Positions 39,199-40,531 of a stretch of DNA of 40,531 nt are shown here, piece by piece. The stretch spans positions 5,979,688 through 6,020,218 of the forward strand of contig JBOZIK010000001.1 in assembly GCA_051453625.1 (NCBI GenBank). Direction: 5' to 3'. Made by a program: the position numbers and the translations under genes. Below the pieces are notes generated by a model that saw only the letters and a list, made by a program, of their open reading frames with translations, had not been told where the DNA came from and did no database searches. Position 1 is the first letter of the stretch. Each line of letters begins with the position of its first letter. Source of the stretch: Welwitschia mirabilis (Eukaryota).

Positions 39199-39442
39199 CT
39201 GCATTCTACGATATGAATCAGTGGTTTCATGAGCATAAAATACTAAAGAATGTTGGATAGATGAAACAGAGATACACTAAGGGAGTATTGCACAAACAAA
39301 GGCATGAATTAAAATTAATGTATTGCATATGGAATGACAGAGACAAGAGAAATTGCGAAAATTGATTGTAGAATGTTAACAAATGAAAGATATGCATTTG
39401 AAATGCCTAATAAAAATTACAAAAGGAGGATGAGGGCCTCAC
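39199..39442 (-). other. Putative 244-nt spliceosomal intron in a 5' UTR
   Basis: Donor AG|GTGAGG at 39442, T-rich body, branch-like CTGAT about 22 nt before the TGCAG acceptor at 39199. Confidence 0.45.
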
Positions 39443-39602
39443 CTATTTGCCATAAGAAGAATGGATGATGGGCTAATTGAAGGTGAAATCTAGGAGAAAA
39501 AAACAAGTTTCAACTGAATGCGTTTCTAGAAAAACTTGAAGATGATCAAGGAAGGATATATGAGGGATTAGTTTAAAGGTTAAAGCGACAACAATAAATA
39601 GC
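39443..39602 (-). promoter_or_regulatory. Putative core promoter and first non-coding exon
   Basis: TATA-like CTATTTAT at ~39601-39594 followed by a pyrimidine-rich leader ending at the 39442 donor. Confidence 0.3.
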
Positions 39603-39773
39603 ATTTGATTGATCAGCATGTTTTTATCAGAGGATATCCATTACAATGTTTATTTTCTCTAACATTTCAAAAACGGCTGCCAGATGTTACAAATTATGTT
39701 GAACTTTAGCCGAAAATAGTGTCTGTTACCTATGCGTCAGTTATCCTATGCATCTGCTCCAAGACTCTCACCC

Positions 39774-39837
39774 TTTTGGCCAAATGATAACGCCATCCCT
39801 GACCTTTCAGTGGGTGGGGATGGCCTCTCGGCCAAAA
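39774..39837. other. GC-rich two-stem inverted repeat (hairpin)
   Basis: ttttggcc (39774-81) pairs with ggccaaaa (39830-37); gccatccc (39792-99) pairs with gggatggc (39817-24); inner acc/ggt. Confidence 0.8.
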
Positions 39838-40531
39838 CATACCATTAATATATTATAACAATAAGGATTTGCATGGTAAGCTAATAAAATATTTCTAATG
39901 AGGGCTTCTCATATTGTACAGGACCCTTATTAACTATGTTAAGAAAAATATATATATAATGAGAGGGTAAAGTTGATATTTTGCTTTATATATTAATCAG
40001 GGAACCAGATATACAATTCTATTTATATATTTCATATTCCATCTATCATTCTAGTGAGTAAAATAATCTATATCTAAAAATATAATGTCTTCATTTTATA
40101 ACTGGAATATGGAAGTTTTTCAAGAATTTGCAAGAATTACATAAGAACAAATTATCACATTTTCTATTACAATATTATTTAAAAAAGATATACATTACAA
40201 AGCTTCTAAATACATCAGATTATATATGTTTCAAGTTTCAAAGTATTCTAAGGTCATAAAATAATTACAATATTTGAGATATAAAAGATTCGTAACAAGA
40301 TTACAAGTTTTATAGTCCAAACATAGTTTTACAACAAAAACTTGAAAGTAATGATATACATTTCATCATGTCTTTTTTAGTAATTAATTTGGATTTTTAG
40401 TATTCTAGTTTTCCACCCATTCAACATAAGAATAGGAGTGAGAAGTATGAAATCTTCACAGCTCTTAGTCTGGCTAGACAAGATAAAGATAAAGGTCAAA
40501 GAATTCCAAGACACAAGATAGATAAGGCAAA

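Noticed and set aside
39000..39260. Plus-strand 86-aa basic ORF
   Set aside because: No recognisable domain; splice signals and strand composition favour the minus strand.
40100..40531. Possible 3' end of another minus-strand element or gene at the window edge
   Set aside because: No recognisable motif; too little sequence to call.

Overview
AT-rich, CpG-depleted plant nuclear DNA from a gapped draft scaffold. Positions 1-37936 are a nested stack of decayed LTR retrotransposons: (A) a minus-strand Athila-like element with gag and a deleted protease but no RT/RH/INT (1-4816); weak Tat/Ogre-like gag and tandem-repeat remnants (~6.4-9.3 kb); a small two-LTR Copia element carrying only gag, TR-GAG-like (~13900-16348); a minus-strand Tekay-like gag-pol remnant (~18-19.9 kb); a minus-strand SIRE 3' LTR with an env-like ORF remnant (~20670-23979); (B) a near-full-length minus-strand Athila element (23980-34837); and (C) a plus-strand relative of A inserted in B's 5' LTR (34838-37936). 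Right of the last gap lie an AT-rich repeat array and a CpG-retaining island (~39.0-39.85 kb) with what looks like the 5' end of a spliced minus-strand gene encoding a signal peptide, plus a GC-rich hairpin. No intact protein-coding gene, rRNA, tRNA or CRISPR array is seen. I found no clear evidence of a wholly new biological system. The best leads are the A/C non-autonomous family, the gag-only Copia element and the orphan exons. All homology calls are by-eye motif recognition, not database hits.
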